Origin: Schizochytrium sp. TIO01
Taxonomy: Eukaryota; Protista; Bigyra: Labyrinthulomycetes
Assembly (NCBI GenBank): GCA_004764695.1
Contig: SMSO01000033.1
Coordinates: 2,790,001-2,854,000 of the forward strand
Direction of reading: 5' to 3'
Length of the DNA stretch: 64,000 nucleotides
Positions within the stretch are counted from its first letter, which is position 1; each line of letters starts with the position of its first letter. The translations under genes were made by a program, and so were the position numbers. A model generated the notes under the pieces. That model worked only from the letters and a program-made list of their open reading frames with translations, ran no database searches and had not been told where the DNA came from. This document shows positions 10,398 through 21,759 of the stretch, piece after piece.

Positions 10398-13300
10398 TTA
10401 GGCCACATCAAGCATTTTCATAGTGATTTCTTCGAGGAGGATTTTAAATTGGGTGACAGAAAATTCAAAGGGCAAGCTCGAAGATGGGCGCACTGTTTGT
10501 TTCATAACTCTTTCCATATCGACCAAGTTAGATATGTTGACCTCAAACTGATCCAGCAATGTATCAGGTTGAAGGAGAACAAAGACAGTAAAGAAGCCCG
10601 TGTCAGTAGAGTAAAAATGCAAACGAATAGACATCTTATTGCGAACATAAGCTTCAGCTGCAATACCCCTGCGCACATGAGAGGGCCCATACTTTTGACT
10701 GCGATCTGGGCGCCTAGACGAAGAAGCAGTTGTAGTTGATGAAATCGACGAAGAAAGTGCAGATGACGCAATTGACTTACTAGACGCACCAGCACCAAAG
10801 CCAATGTGGGTGATTACACCACGATCACAGAGCTTACTCAATGTAATGCTTTTGAAGGCTCCGACAAGTAAATCTACAGATAGTATTGCAGAGCGGAGCT
10901 TTGCAGCTTGATTAGAACGCTTAAACGAAGCTGTATTACTAGCAGATGGAGCAATACTATTATTACTCTCTGATTGCTTGCCACTGCTTGGTGGATGTTG
11001 ATCGTCCTCATCCGATCCATATTCATCATGACTATGTGTCTGAGGAGATGCTCCACCATTGACCAATTCTTCGGCGCGAAACTCTGCAGGGCCGATCATC
11101 GTAGCTGATCGTCGTTGCAAAAACTTCATGTAAGAGTGCAATGCCTCAGACTGCTCGTTGAGCTCCTTCAGACGATCTTCAGCGCGGCGTTTTAAGACTC
11201 GAGCAGATGCCAGTTGATTCTGCAACCGATTTGCCGACTTGCGCCGTTGATTAAGTGATGATAGCAATTGACGAAGCAAATTATCATAGGCATTATGACC
11301 ATGTGTCTCACTTAGCTCATTGAGACGCTCTATTACACGGTAAATCTCTCCAGCACGTTCGTAATTGTGCTCCTTTACCTCTTCCTCAAGTCTTGTCTCA
11401 AAAACACCTCGCAAGTACTCCCAGTCACATGTCGGGGGTAGTTCCGAAAGCTCAACGAGCTCATGCTTGACTTGTTCTACATCAGGATTTACTTGCCCGA
11501 GACCAATGCTTTCCACTTTCACATCTGATTTGGCTTCGTGCCCAAGCATCCAGCTTGGCACTGGTACTCTTGAAAACCGATCAACCTGGAGACCTGCACG
11601 AAGGTTTCCTGAAGCTTCACTCGCACTTTGGGTGATTTTACTTTCATCGATATCAGCATCAAGTTCAAGGAAACGCATTTCAATATCGATGTTAACTTTG
11701 ACCTGATCTTCATCTTGGTCTTGGTATGCATCTACACTTGCTGGAAAATTCTCTGCGTCAACCTGGTTCTCAACGCTAGCTAGAATTCCTCCTGTTTCAG
11801 AAACAATGCAAGCCAGTGGGTCATTAACACTGCAGATCTTTCGAGCCGAAGGGTGGAATAACACGAACCGAACGAAATGCAGACTTCGCCTTGACACTTG
11901 TAGCTGCAGTAAATTACGGCGAGGTCGAATGTATTCAGTAATGATATCTGTGTAGAGTGCATCCCCAATATCAATAGGGGCATTGGTGATATCATTAGCC
12001 AAAGTTTGCACTTCCAGATGGTGCTGTCGTATAGAAATATTCAGCGCTTCAAATTGTTCTTTCCGAAACGGACGATCACATACTACAGCTTGAAGGAGTT
12101 TAATGACCTGAATCATATTCTGGTGTTGCTGTGGCGACACTGTACCAAAATTACGAGGCACTAGGCGGCGTTGTTTAGGCGACAGAAATGCGGGTCGAAG
12201 CAAATGATCGATGAAAAATTTTGCTACGGCTTGGTCGTAACGGATCCGTGGGGCCTCTACATCATATTCAAATTGTTTCTGAAGTTCGTCTTGATAAATC
12301 TTAAAGAAAAGCCGCACCTCATTTGGCATAGTTGCAGCTACACGGACAATCTGATTCAAGATCTTCAAGGTTACTTCCTTAAGCAATGCCAGTCGCTTCT
12401 CCAGCTCACGACGGACCTCCGGGTAGTTAGCATATTCCTCGCGGCGCTGCACCGTACGCGTTGAGCTCATTGCCAGATCAGGATCTTGTTGAACGCCTTG
12501 CAGTTCGTTATAGATCTTGATGGGGTCCAAAGTGAGATTTGTCTCCTCACCAATAGCAAGGCGGCTTTGGTGTCCACGGAATAGATCGACAAGCAGTGTC
12601 CCAAAGCTGTCACGAAGCCATATCGTAACCGATTCTTGCGCAAAGAACCTTGTGGCGAGTTCTACAAATGCAGAGGTTGCAGTCTTGCTATTGTCCATGA
12701 ATGATTTTAGCGATGGGCGATTTCTTGCATCGCGGGCTTGCTGCATAACTTTTTCATACAGATTATGTTGGTTCCTCGAGTCCTCGGCAGTGTCTATACT
12801 GTCTTTTCTAGGAAACGATGACCAGTTCGTGCTATTAGATCCTTGGCTTTTCATAAAGGTAGCTAGTTCCTCTCGCAGTACAAATCGTGCCAAAACGATA
12901 AACAAATGATCGCAATGTGGGTCACCAAACTTGTATACGCTTTCAACCAAATCAAAATAAAGCTCCCGCCACTCAGGTCCCTTGGGAAGTGGCGTGAAGC
13001 CAGAGTCTTCAGAGAAAATGTTGCTGATACTACTAGTGTGGGCGCCAGGGGTGCTACTGCCAGTTCCGCCATTTTGTGACACCAGATTCCCATTTCTTAC
13101 CCCCAACAGTGCTGGCATACTCCCACTCCATGCACGAGGTTGTTGCTGTGCAACATAAATTCGATACATCTTCATCATGTACCGTGGATTTGCTAAAAGG
13201 AGAATAAACACCTTTTCAAAGGCGGGAATTTGAGTCACAAGCTCGCTGGCTAAACTCAGCATCTCGCGTTTTGATCTACTTTTGGTCTTATTGATTCCGC

Positions 13301-16300
13301 CAGATCCGCCTTTTAGAGTGCCACCTTTTACCGTGTTTCCTTTCAATGTTCCGCCCTTGAATGTATTACCCATCTTGTAAGAAGCACCCCGTAGCGGGCG
13401 ATCGGCAAACCCCGATGATGCTGTACCCAACGATGGAACTCCTGGAGAGCCAGTAGACCCGACAGTATTGGGCAAATTAAGTCGTCGGATGGTAGAGCCA
13501 ACCGTGAGACCAATCGTGTAATCTAAACGAGACACCTCACGTTCCGCACGGATCAATCGAAGGAGAGTATGATAGAGAGAGGCCTCAGCCTCATCCTTCT
13601 CTCGACTTTCAGTTTCAATGCCTTTATTTTGTCGTTCTTTTGGTTCAGCCTTGAGAAAATATTGAACAATAAAAAGAGGAGGGATTTTGCCAGTCTCCAG
13701 GAAATCTCGTATATGGATTTCTATATCCTTTGCATTGTCAAGTTGTCGCGAGTTGCGTGCTACTGCAGCGGCACCAAGAATATCAAAAGATGCAGTGACA
13801 CTATTGTCAGGAACCGGCATAATGCTGGGAGGCCCCCTCCCTGCTCCCAGCATTGATCCACCCAAACCGCCTTGAATGGCCTCAGCTGGTGTCATACCTG
13901 TGTTGCCAACCCCCGCTTGCGAGCTATTCCACACTGTTAAACCTTGAGTACGAACCTGAAAATGAGGGATTGGTCTAGGCAAATCTACAATATTGTCAAC
14001 ACGAAGAATACCATGTTCAAGACCCAAACGTCCATTGCCATTGGAACCCCAGGAATAAAGTCTGCTATCTTGTCCTAAAGCTACACAATGGTTGGAGTAT
14101 GCTTCAACCTGACGTACATCGTCTCGTGCGTCAAAACGATCGTTATTAAGGTTTAATGTACTAGACTCGATCACCTGGGGGATTGATTCGGCCTGGGCAG
14201 TCATGAATCTTGAGCTTGGCATAGATGCCGAAGGTTTGCTAAGTTGTGATGCCGCCCGGCCCAGGCCGAGTTTTCCATAAGCATCTTTTCCCCAGGCCCA
14301 CACGCGACCATCAATTGCCATGGCCAGAGAGTGCTCTTCTGCAGCACATGCTTTTAAAATAAAAGCTCCCGCTGAGCGTAGAAAAGTGTTTAACTGGGGA
14401 ATAAGCCGGTCGGAGGTCTCACCGAGCCCAAGACGAGCATCTCCTCGTCCACAGACATACACGTCGCCATCGCTCGTTACAAATAGTGTATGACATGCTC
14501 CGCAAGATACTGCGCTTATATTCAAAAACTGCAATGCCAAGACGCGCTGAGGGGTATCCTGGTTTTCGGTGGTACCAAGGCCGAGTTTACCCTGCCAGCC
14601 TGATCCCCACGTATACACCTTGCCATGAATATCGATACATGCAGAGTGATGTGTACCCAGGGAAACGTCCATTACGCAAACTCTTTCGAGGAGACCTTTT
14701 ACATGGCGTGGTAATGCGAGTGAATCAAAGGTCGGATCTGCTTCAGAGTGTGTAGGACCGTGTCCAAGCTTGCCTTGATCTGAGTTACCCCAGGTAAATA
14801 GTCGGCCGTCCTCGGTCAGCGCACCACTATGTGTAGCACCACCAAAAACTTTAATTACGCGTTCGCCCTGAAGTCCTTGAATGAACACCGGGATTGTTTC
14901 TGTGAGTGTTGAGCCTGTTCCAATCTGAGATTCATTGCCCCGTCCCCACGCAAACGTGTCACCTTGATTGAGGACACAAAGACTGTGGTTCGCACCTGCA
15001 GCAATGTGGACAGCCCGATTTGTTGTTGAGTGATTAATCTTCACGCGAACGGGAGAGCGCACATCCTCACGCGAACCATTCCCGATCTGCCCAAACTCAT
15101 TTGCTCCCCAGGCATGAACTGCCCCATTAAATGTGAGAGCCAACGTATGTTTACTGCCTACGGCTATCATCCGCACCGCAGTACTACTGACGTTAATGGA
15201 ACGGTGAGGATGCAAAGACCTCACGTGAGGTTCGTCTACTGTAATTTGAGAGGGACTTTCGTTCTGCGTACCAGCCTCTGTTGCAAGAGTGGGGGATGTC
15301 CCGCCTTTTGGCGTTGCCACACGAAGGCCCTGCAACTTGCCTTGTAAGTATATAAGCTGAGGTGCAGATGGATGTCCAGCTATAGGGTGGCCAAGTTTAC
15401 CTTGTGTAGGGTCACCCCACGTATACATGTCGCCGTTGACACACACTGCAACACTATGCGAGAGGCCTGCAAAGGCCTGGACCACAGCTCGATTGCCAAA
15501 ATAACTCATAGGAATGAGTTGTGGGACAAGTACATTGGAGTTCGCGTTCTCCAAACCAAGCTTTCCATGTTGCCCTCCGCCCCAGGCCCACAAATCTCCT
15601 CCCTGTGTAACCGCTAAGGAGTGGAATACCCCGAGTGAAACCATGACTACGTGGTGTCCCACCAAATGCTCGACTTTGACTGGAGTGAGGGCATCAAACT
15701 CTGCTCCGTGACCAAGACGACCATAAGAGCCGGCCCCGAAGGTGTATAGCTCACCTGAATCACTTATTACGGCGGTATGAGCCTCGCCGCAAGATACAAA
15801 TGCGCAAAATTCATGTTGCAGAGATTGAACTCTCCCAGGAAGGCTAGTGTTATGTTGGCCCCCGTGTCCCAAGCGGCCCTTATCTCCATGACCCCAGGTG
15901 AACAACTCGCCTTTACTCGATACACAGGCGGAATGTTTCGCTCCTCCAGCCACCATACGAATTTTCTTTCCTTTAAGGGTTTCTATAAGTCGTGGTTCTG
16001 ACTCATTCTGGTTCACACCGTGACCGAGGCTTCCATACGTTCCGACACCCCAAGACCAGGCGTCGCCATTGTGATCAATGCAGAGCGTGAAATCAGCTCC
16101 ACATGCTACATAAACAAGTTTTCGTTGCGCATCCGTGATAGATGACACTTTAACAGGTAAGTAAACTACCGAGCGAGGTGATTGTGGTTTAAGACCAATG
16201 GCTGCTGCGTTTTCCGAGTTATCATATCTTGGAGACATCGGGCGTGGTGAGGTTGCTACCTGTGCTGCGTTTGCAATAGCTAAATCAGATCGGCTCAGAC

Positions 16301-16649
16301 CAAGTCTACCGCTATCAGCAAACCCCCACACGTAGAGATCTCCGTTTGCTAGCAAGAGGACTGTGTGCAGGGCACCGCACGCAATCTGCCGTGGAGGAGA
16401 TTTCCAGCTTGGACTTGGAGTAATGAGGCCTGCTGTGCGAGGGTCATGCACGAATTCTAACTCTTCGCAAATGATCTTGTCCTTGCCGACTCCGAGCTGC
16501 CCTTTTTGGTTATTACCGCATGATATTACGCTCATATTATCTGTTAGAGCAGTAGTATGATACATTCCCACAGCTGCACACCCGAAGACACTGGAATTGT
16601 TGAACCAGCTTGTCTCCTCCGTGCCCAAGGCGTCCGCATTGGAGCCCAT
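10398..16649 (-). CDS. Large RCC1-repeat protein with a C-terminal RasGAP/IQGAP-like region
   Basis: 2083-aa single ORF. About 900 aa of RCC1 repeats (G..H....G.L..WG....G.LG) are followed by GRD-like segments (LTLDPIKIYNEL, MPNEVR, FFIDHLLRPAFLSP), a coiled coil and a RasGAP_C-like end (LSKLCDRGVI). Confidence 0.8.
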   Translation of the reverse strand: MGSNADALGTEETSWFNNSSVFGCAAVGMYHTTALTDNMSVISCGNNQKGQLGVGKDKIICEELEFVHDPRTAGLITPSPSWKSPPRQIACGALHTVLLLANGDLYVWGFADSGRLGLSRSDLAIANAAQVATSPRPMSPRYDNSENAAAIGLKPQSPRSVVYLPVKVSSITDAQRKLVYVACGADFTLCIDHNGDAWSWGVGTYGSLGHGVNQNESEPRLIETLKGKKIRMVAGGAKHSACVSSKGELFTWGHGDKGRLGHGGQHNTSLPGRVQSLQHEFCAFVSCGEAHTAVISDSGELYTFGAGSYGRLGHGAEFDALTPVKVEHLVGHHVVMVSLGVFHSLAVTQGGDLWAWGGGQHGKLGLENANSNVLVPQLIPMSYFGNRAVVQAFAGLSHSVAVCVNGDMYTWGDPTQGKLGHPIAGHPSAPQLIYLQGKLQGLRVATPKGGTSPTLATEAGTQNESPSQITVDEPHVRSLHPHRSINVSSTAVRMIAVGSKHTLALTFNGAVHAWGANEFGQIGNGSREDVRSPVRVKINHSTTNRAVHIAAGANHSLCVLNQGDTFAWGRGNESQIGTGSTLTETIPVFIQGLQGERVIKVFGGATHSGALTEDGRLFTWGNSDQGKLGHGPTHSEADPTFDSLALPRHVKGLLERVCVMDVSLGTHHSACIDIHGKVYTWGSGWQGKLGLGTTENQDTPQRVLALQFLNISAVSCGACHTLFVTSDGDVYVCGRGDARLGLGETSDRLIPQLNTFLRSAGAFILKACAAEEHSLAMAIDGRVWAWGKDAYGKLGLGRAASQLSKPSASMPSSRFMTAQAESIPQVIESSTLNLNNDRFDARDDVRQVEAYSNHCVALGQDSRLYSWGSNGNGRLGLEHGILRVDNIVDLPRPIPHFQVRTQGLTVWNSSQAGVGNTGMTPAEAIQGGLGGSMLGAGRGPPSIMPVPDNSVTASFDILGAAAVARNSRQLDNAKDIEIHIRDFLETGKIPPLFIVQYFLKAEPKERQNKGIETESREKDEAEASLYHTLLRLIRAEREVSRLDYTIGLTVGSTIRRLNLPNTVGSTGSPGVPSLGTASSGFADRPLRGASYKMGNTFKGGTLKGNTVKGGTLKGGSGGINKTKSRSKREMLSLASELVTQIPAFEKVFILLLANPRYMMKMYRIYVAQQQPRAWSGSMPALLGVRNGNLVSQNGGTGSSTPGAHTSSISNIFSEDSGFTPLPKGPEWRELYFDLVESVYKFGDPHCDHLFIVLARFVLREELATFMKSQGSNSTNWSSFPRKDSIDTAEDSRNQHNLYEKVMQQARDARNRPSLKSFMDNSKTATSAFVELATRFFAQESVTIWLRDSFGTLLVDLFRGHQSRLAIGEETNLTLDPIKIYNELQGVQQDPDLAMSSTRTVQRREEYANYPEVRRELEKRLALLKEVTLKILNQIVRVAATMPNEVRLFFKIYQDELQKQFEYDVEAPRIRYDQAVAKFFIDHLLRPAFLSPKQRRLVPRNFGTVSPQQHQNMIQVIKLLQAVVCDRPFRKEQFEALNISIRQHHLEVQTLANDITNAPIDIGDALYTDIITEYIRPRRNLLQLQVSRRSLHFVRFVLFHPSARKICSVNDPLACIVSETGGILASVENQVDAENFPASVDAYQDQDEDQVKVNIDIEMRFLELDADIDESKITQSASEASGNLRAGLQVDRFSRVPVPSWMLGHEAKSDVKVESIGLGQVNPDVEQVKHELVELSELPPTCDWEYLRGVFETRLEEEVKEHNYERAGEIYRVIERLNELSETHGHNAYDNLLRQLLSSLNQRRKSANRLQNQLASARVLKRRAEDRLKELNEQSEALHSYMKFLQRRSATMIGPAEFRAEELVNGGASPQTHSHDEYGSDEDDQHPPSSGKQSESNNSIAPSASNTASFKRSNQAAKLRSAILSVDLLVGAFKSITLSKLCDRGVITHIGFGAGASSKSIASSALSSSISSTTTASSSRRPDRSQKYGPSHVRRGIAAEAYVRNKMSIRLHFYSTDTGFFTVFVLLQPDTLLDQFEVNISNLVDMERVMKQTVRPSSSLPFEFSVTQFKILLEEITMKMLDVA

Positions 16650-17359
16650 GCTTGGGTGCGATTGCGCTTGAACACAGCCACGTTTGCTAACTAGGAGTCA
16701 CAAAGATGGCTGCTACGCAAGCGAGTGGTCTAGGGGGTTTCGACAGTGCTTCCTGCTTGGTTACTTACGCCCCGGATGCTCTCAAGTTTGGGTTTTGATT
16801 ACGTTTGGGGACTATCTCAAAAAATCTTCTGTATGACAAAAACAGCAAGCTCAACTTTTCAAAATAAAAGAGATGGAACTAGGCCCTAAAACTACTACTA
16901 CTACTAAAAAGCACTAGAGTAGTTCTACAGACCACTCGATGTCTCATAGTAGTGCTTGTTTTTTGGGCTAAACGTGGTAGGTAAGATAGTGAGGTGTATA
17001 TCTTTTTATATCTGTAGGTTGTAAAGAGGTACAGGTAGAAAATTGGCTTGCTTTGCAATGCGGTCTTTCATTATCTGCTGCTTTGTTTTGAAGAGGTGGA
17101 GAAAAAAAATGTTAATTTGAAAATGGATTGGACAATGCATTTAGATAATACTTCAAAAACCCTTCGATATATTTTACTAAACTTGCTTTACAATCATAGA
17201 TACTGATTCAAGACAGTGATAATTTGGTCGAGTAGGTAAGATGAAACGTAGCACTCTGCGCAATTCATTCCAAAGAATTGGAAGCGGGTATATTTCAAGG
17301 TATTATGATGTTGTCCCACTTATAATTAAATGCTGCTGCAAGCAAAACTGAGAAATTAC

Positions 17360-18925
17360 TCAAGGCTCGTGGGGATCTTGAAAAGAGTAATAGTTCCATA
17401 AACGTTCCAGCATGCTCTTACTCAGCTCGTAATCGATAACACGGGCATCATCCTTGTGATAGACAGACTGATGTCTTACAGTCTGTAAAATATCATGTGA
17501 GCCATCACGTGGATAGAGTTTGAGATCGAAGGTAACGGTGTAATTAACAAGATTGACAACGACCGAGGCGATGCCTCCGCTGACACTATAGAGACCTGTG
17601 TGGATGACATCACCCTTGGTAGTATCAAGTTTTTGGCGCTGTAGGCGCAGTAATTCGGCACGTTTCCTTCGCGACATACGCTCAACAGGCTTGCTTTGTT
17701 GCAGCATAGCCTTGGAAGCGAGGTCACCCTCTCCACCCTCTTCTTCTCCTTCCTGCTCTTCAATTACTTCACGAGCGAGTCCTTCAGCAACCCAGTCCTG
17801 AAAGAGCCTTTGCTTGAACTTGGATCTCATTTTGTTAGGAGCAAAGGGGGTAGAGGCGTATAGGACCTGACCATCGGGCTTGAAAAGAAGGTATCTATAA
17901 TGCTTCATCTCAAGAACCGCTGAGTAATCTTCTGGGGACCAAAGTGTGCGCGGTCCAGCTGTACGAACGTAGGTAGACTTTAAAATGTAAATACCTGTCT
18001 CGGTTCTCACACGAGGGCGGAGACGCCTTGCAGCATCCCATGAATCAAATTTTCGTGGTACAAGCGCCCCACTTGGGCTAGCGGTGACCTGGATTGGTCG
18101 GAAGGCCGGTCGCACAAAAACTCGCTCACAAAATCGATGCCAGAGACGCTCTGATAGGAGTTCATCACGCCAGGCCGGGTTGCATACACGTAAAAGGTCA
18201 AGGGAATCCTCATCAAGACAGAGCAAGATCCGTAGAAGAACGTCTTTGGGAATGGCGGTAAAGAAAAAACCTAGGTCCGCAGGATCTTCCTCCTCACCTG
18301 ACTTGGATACGGGTACCAGCCTGACAACGCTAGCTCCCTTACTGTTTTGTGCTATCTTTTGTTGGGCGCGGGGCCCGGCTTTTCGGATCCACATCCTTGG
18401 GAGTGGTGCCTCGGGCTCACTGGCCGCTGCTGCAGCATGTTCATCATCATCGCCAGTGATTTGAAGCGCATGCGAGAACCTTTCGATGAGCTCGTTGTGA
18501 GCCCCAATCTCCTCTAAGAGCATTGCTGAAGATTCGTGTTCATTGCCACTATTGTTATCAAAGTCATTCGCAAAGCTGCTGCCAATGGAATACTCATCTT
18601 TGGCTATAAAACTACCACGCCGAAGTCGATTCTGACCTTGACGAGTTGATCTCAAATTCACGGAGGAAGGCTCAGAAGCAGAAAGGAGATGTCTTTCCTG
18701 AACTACTGGACTACGTGACGCACTAGTACTTGAGGTCTCCGCCCGCGTTCCTACTGTAATCGAGCTCGAAAGCGCCCCAGCACCGGAGTTGCGTGTAGCT
18801 GAGGTGCCTTGCTGCCTGGCCTCTATGTCGGTCGTGCCTGTCTCCGATTCAAGCGCTGCAATTCGCAGTGCCTCCGACTCCTGGTACTCCTCCAGAGCCC
18901 GTGCAAGGCTTGTGGTCTTCGACAT
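17360..18925 (-). CDS. F-box protein, FBXO9/Hrt3-like
   Basis: F-box (IPKDVLLRILLCLD...LRVCNPAWR), then RPRVRTETGIYILKSTYVR and YRYLLFKPDG as in FBXO9. First ATG at 18925. Confidence 0.8.
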   Translation of the reverse strand: MSKTTSLARALEEYQESEALRIAALESETGTTDIEARQQGTSATRNSGAGALSSSITVGTRAETSSTSASRSPVVQERHLLSASEPSSVNLRSTRQGQNRLRRGSFIAKDEYSIGSSFANDFDNNSGNEHESSAMLLEEIGAHNELIERFSHALQITGDDDEHAAAAASEPEAPLPRMWIRKAGPRAQQKIAQNSKGASVVRLVPVSKSGEEEDPADLGFFFTAIPKDVLLRILLCLDEDSLDLLRVCNPAWRDELLSERLWHRFCERVFVRPAFRPIQVTASPSGALVPRKFDSWDAARRLRPRVRTETGIYILKSTYVRTAGPRTLWSPEDYSAVLEMKHYRYLLFKPDGQVLYASTPFAPNKMRSKFKQRLFQDWVAEGLAREVIEEQEGEEEGGEGDLASKAMLQQSKPVERMSRRKRAELLRLQRQKLDTTKGDVIHTGLYSVSGGIASVVVNLVNYTVTFDLKLYPRDGSHDILQTVRHQSVYHKDDARVIDYELSKSMLERLWNYYSFQDPHEP

Positions 18926-20213
18926 GGTTCTTAAAATCGTCAAAGACGTTCAACACTGCCTCAAGCCGCTCCTGTGCGCCACAGATGGTCACACTCTGCA
19001 CCAAATCGGAGCCTCGAAACTCCTTTCTGGAGTGCTGCCGACGGTCTGCTCGTCAGAACTTGATTGGAACTATTAGAGAACGTTCTCGATACGTTCTATG
19101 TGCGTCAGCATCATAAATTCATTTGTGATAGTCATTTGTGATAATATTACGTAGGTTGCCTGTGGAAAACCTTCGGTATTGTGGCTTCCTTTGGTGACCT
19201 TGACCAGGTCGCTCTCGTTAGTTGGAGGCTTTTCCTGTGTACCAATCTTTACGTACGTAGTAACTCAACTTCGAGAAATACCCCTCATACCTAAGGTAAA
19301 ATCATGCATACGTTTGATAATGCATTTGACGATATCAGATTTATTATTTTTTTCATAGCTTTAGAGTTAACATGTTGTGAAGAAAAAAGTAGTACACACG
19401 TAGAATCGGCTCGGAAATTGGTAAAAGAGCAGAGACCAAAAGTTCCTAGTGAATGGTGAGTTCACTTCAAGTAGCAGTCGTGCGGGAACTTTAGGACTTT
19501 GCACGCCTTGTTAATGTGTACGAAATAGCTCGAGTTTATACTCTGCCTTAAAAATAGTTTTCTGATAATAGAGAGGTTCAACGAAATCAAACAACCCCCT
19601 CCTTCTTGTACAATTCGCATACTCTTTGATACTGTAAATGTGTCTTTAATAACAAGTGCTCAGATTCTAAGCTGGTATTATCTTGGGTATGGAGGAAAGA
19701 GCAATAATTGCGTCAACATGCTTCAGGATCAAGGTTTTAAGGAGGGGTGATTCGGATGTTGTAGATGCCATGGACAAAAGTTGAAATTAAGCTAAGATCG
19801 GATTGTAAAAGAATAGGAAAGTTCAAACGTTATCTCGAATCCTGAAAGAGGTCACAGGAACTATTCTGTGTACCCGTTCCCTTACTCTGCTTCATTTTGC
19901 GAGGCCCTTGTGCCCGTCCTATTTGGCTCCCGGCTCCCAAAAGTGATCCACTTTGTAGAATGGATGCTATGGGTTGCTAGCAACTCGTAGAATCTCTGCT
20001 TGGTTGCAGAAGCACTTCGTTGTTCGCCGATTCAAGTATCTTGAACCTCTAGCACTAGCTAGTTCACTCATATTTCCCTAAAATAAGTTCGTAAGTGCCG
20101 TCTCACGTATCATTTCGTGCGGCTGCAGGGCTTTACACAAGAGCAAACCTAGAATTGATCAGGACCGCAGACTTATATTTTTTAGAACCCTTCCGCCCAT
20201 AGCATTTGACAGC

Positions 20214-20909
20214 ATGAGTTCTCAACATCAGCACGGTCACTCTCGCAGCCATGGTGGCCACGGAGATGGAGAACATGGAAATTCGCACAGCGGCATTGGT
20301 CAGAATCACGATCAAGACATTTTCGAAGGCGAAAAGGCCGAAATCTATGACCAGTACGATGCAGTCGTTCGCGGAGCCGAGGTGGAGCTTGAATTCTTAA
20401 AAGCACAAGCTTGGTGGCCCAAGGCCGGAGACAAAGGCCTTGTCACACTTGATTTCGGATGTGGAACCGGCCGTCTCTTGGGCGGATTTGGTGATGCTCT
20501 TGCACACGGCAGTGTCGCCTTTGACGTTTCCGAAGGAATGCTCGGCGTAGCCAAGCGTCGCGCTAAAAGCCTTGAGCTGGACGACAAGATTACATTCTCC
20601 AAGCTCGATGGAGATAAAAATGGTGCAGAGCTGGCAGAGTTTACCGGGCAAATCGACTTGGCGATGGTAGTTGTTGTACTGCATCATACTATGGAGCCGA
20701 AGACAGTTTTTCAGCATTTGTGCGGAACTGTAAAGCCGGGAGGTTATCTTTTCGTTTGTGAACTTGAGAACGAGTTGCCTCAATCTACTTTGGAGACCTG
20801 GATGGAACCATTCGGACTCTTCATTACAGATTCAATGGATTACGAATTCAAGATGGGAGAGGCCATTCACCCTGTCAAACTCACCATTGCTGAGCGCCAC
20901 TCTGAATAA
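20214..20909 (+). CDS. Class I SAM-dependent methyltransferase, paralog 1 (short His-rich N-terminus)
   Basis: Motif [21 protein letters not shown] and VKPGG. Confidence 0.88.
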   Translation: MSSQHQHGHSRSHGGHGDGEHGNSHSGIGQNHDQDIFEGEKAEIYDQYDAVVRGAEVELEFLKAQAWWPKAGDKGLVTLDFGCGTGRLLGGFGDALAHGSVAFDVSEGMLGVAKRRAKSLELDDKITFSKLDGDKNGAELAEFTGQIDLAMVVVVLHHTMEPKTVFQHLCGTVKPGGYLFVCELENELPQSTLETWMEPFGLFITDSMDYEFKMGEAIHPVKLTIAERHSE

Positions 20910-21759
20910 ATTGTCTATTCAACTCGCTTGTCTTTAATTTTCTTGCCTTTCTAACTCTCCCAGAAAGCTGGCGTTCTCAGCACTGTTTGTGAGTTTAAAT
21001 AAATTCATTTTAGATATAGTCAGTAAGATTTTTACCGCACGCAAACTCTGCAAAATGGGCCTCGTTTTGCTCTTTCGAGTTTGCTAAGCATGCATAGACC
21101 TCGAATCTACTGCGCAAGAAACACCAAGGTGAATGTTGGCGTTCAAGTGGTTTTGATTCTCCAAAATAAGATGGAGTGAGTCTCGTGAAATTTTACGATC
21201 ATCCCAATTTTAGCTTACTTTGTTTCTTACTGACCTTTATAAAAATGGATTCCCAGTGCCACATCCAATGTGAAAGCCCGTCACGCGGGGTGATCTCTTT
21301 AGGATAGCATACCCGGTGCAATTTTTGTCACGTGATTGATGTAATTAGGTTAAAGCTTCGACCAGGAAAGCCACAATCCTTCGATATTATTGTCTATGAT
21401 GGGTAAGAAAACAGTGAGTTCGTCTGTCTAGTTTCCTCGTGGAGGTCCTCGCCTGGCCTGAACGCAGAGCTTAGATGCTGCCAAACAATCTTATAGAATC
21501 TCTCGTTCGGCCTTTTCGGGCGGATCAAATCGTGGCTACCTCTTGGCTATCTAGGTACTACATATATTGCACACCTCGACGAACAATGAAGAGTCTCCAA
21601 GTTATTACAAGGTATCTTTGAACCCTCACTCTCTAAGTCGAGACGCAAACCCGCAACAGACTTTGCGGAGCAGAGTCTGCGTGGTTGCCTTGGATAAAGA
21701 AAGAAGGGGAAGGCTTGCCGAAGAAGAATTGCTATTAGGTATTTAGGAACTCGACGAAG

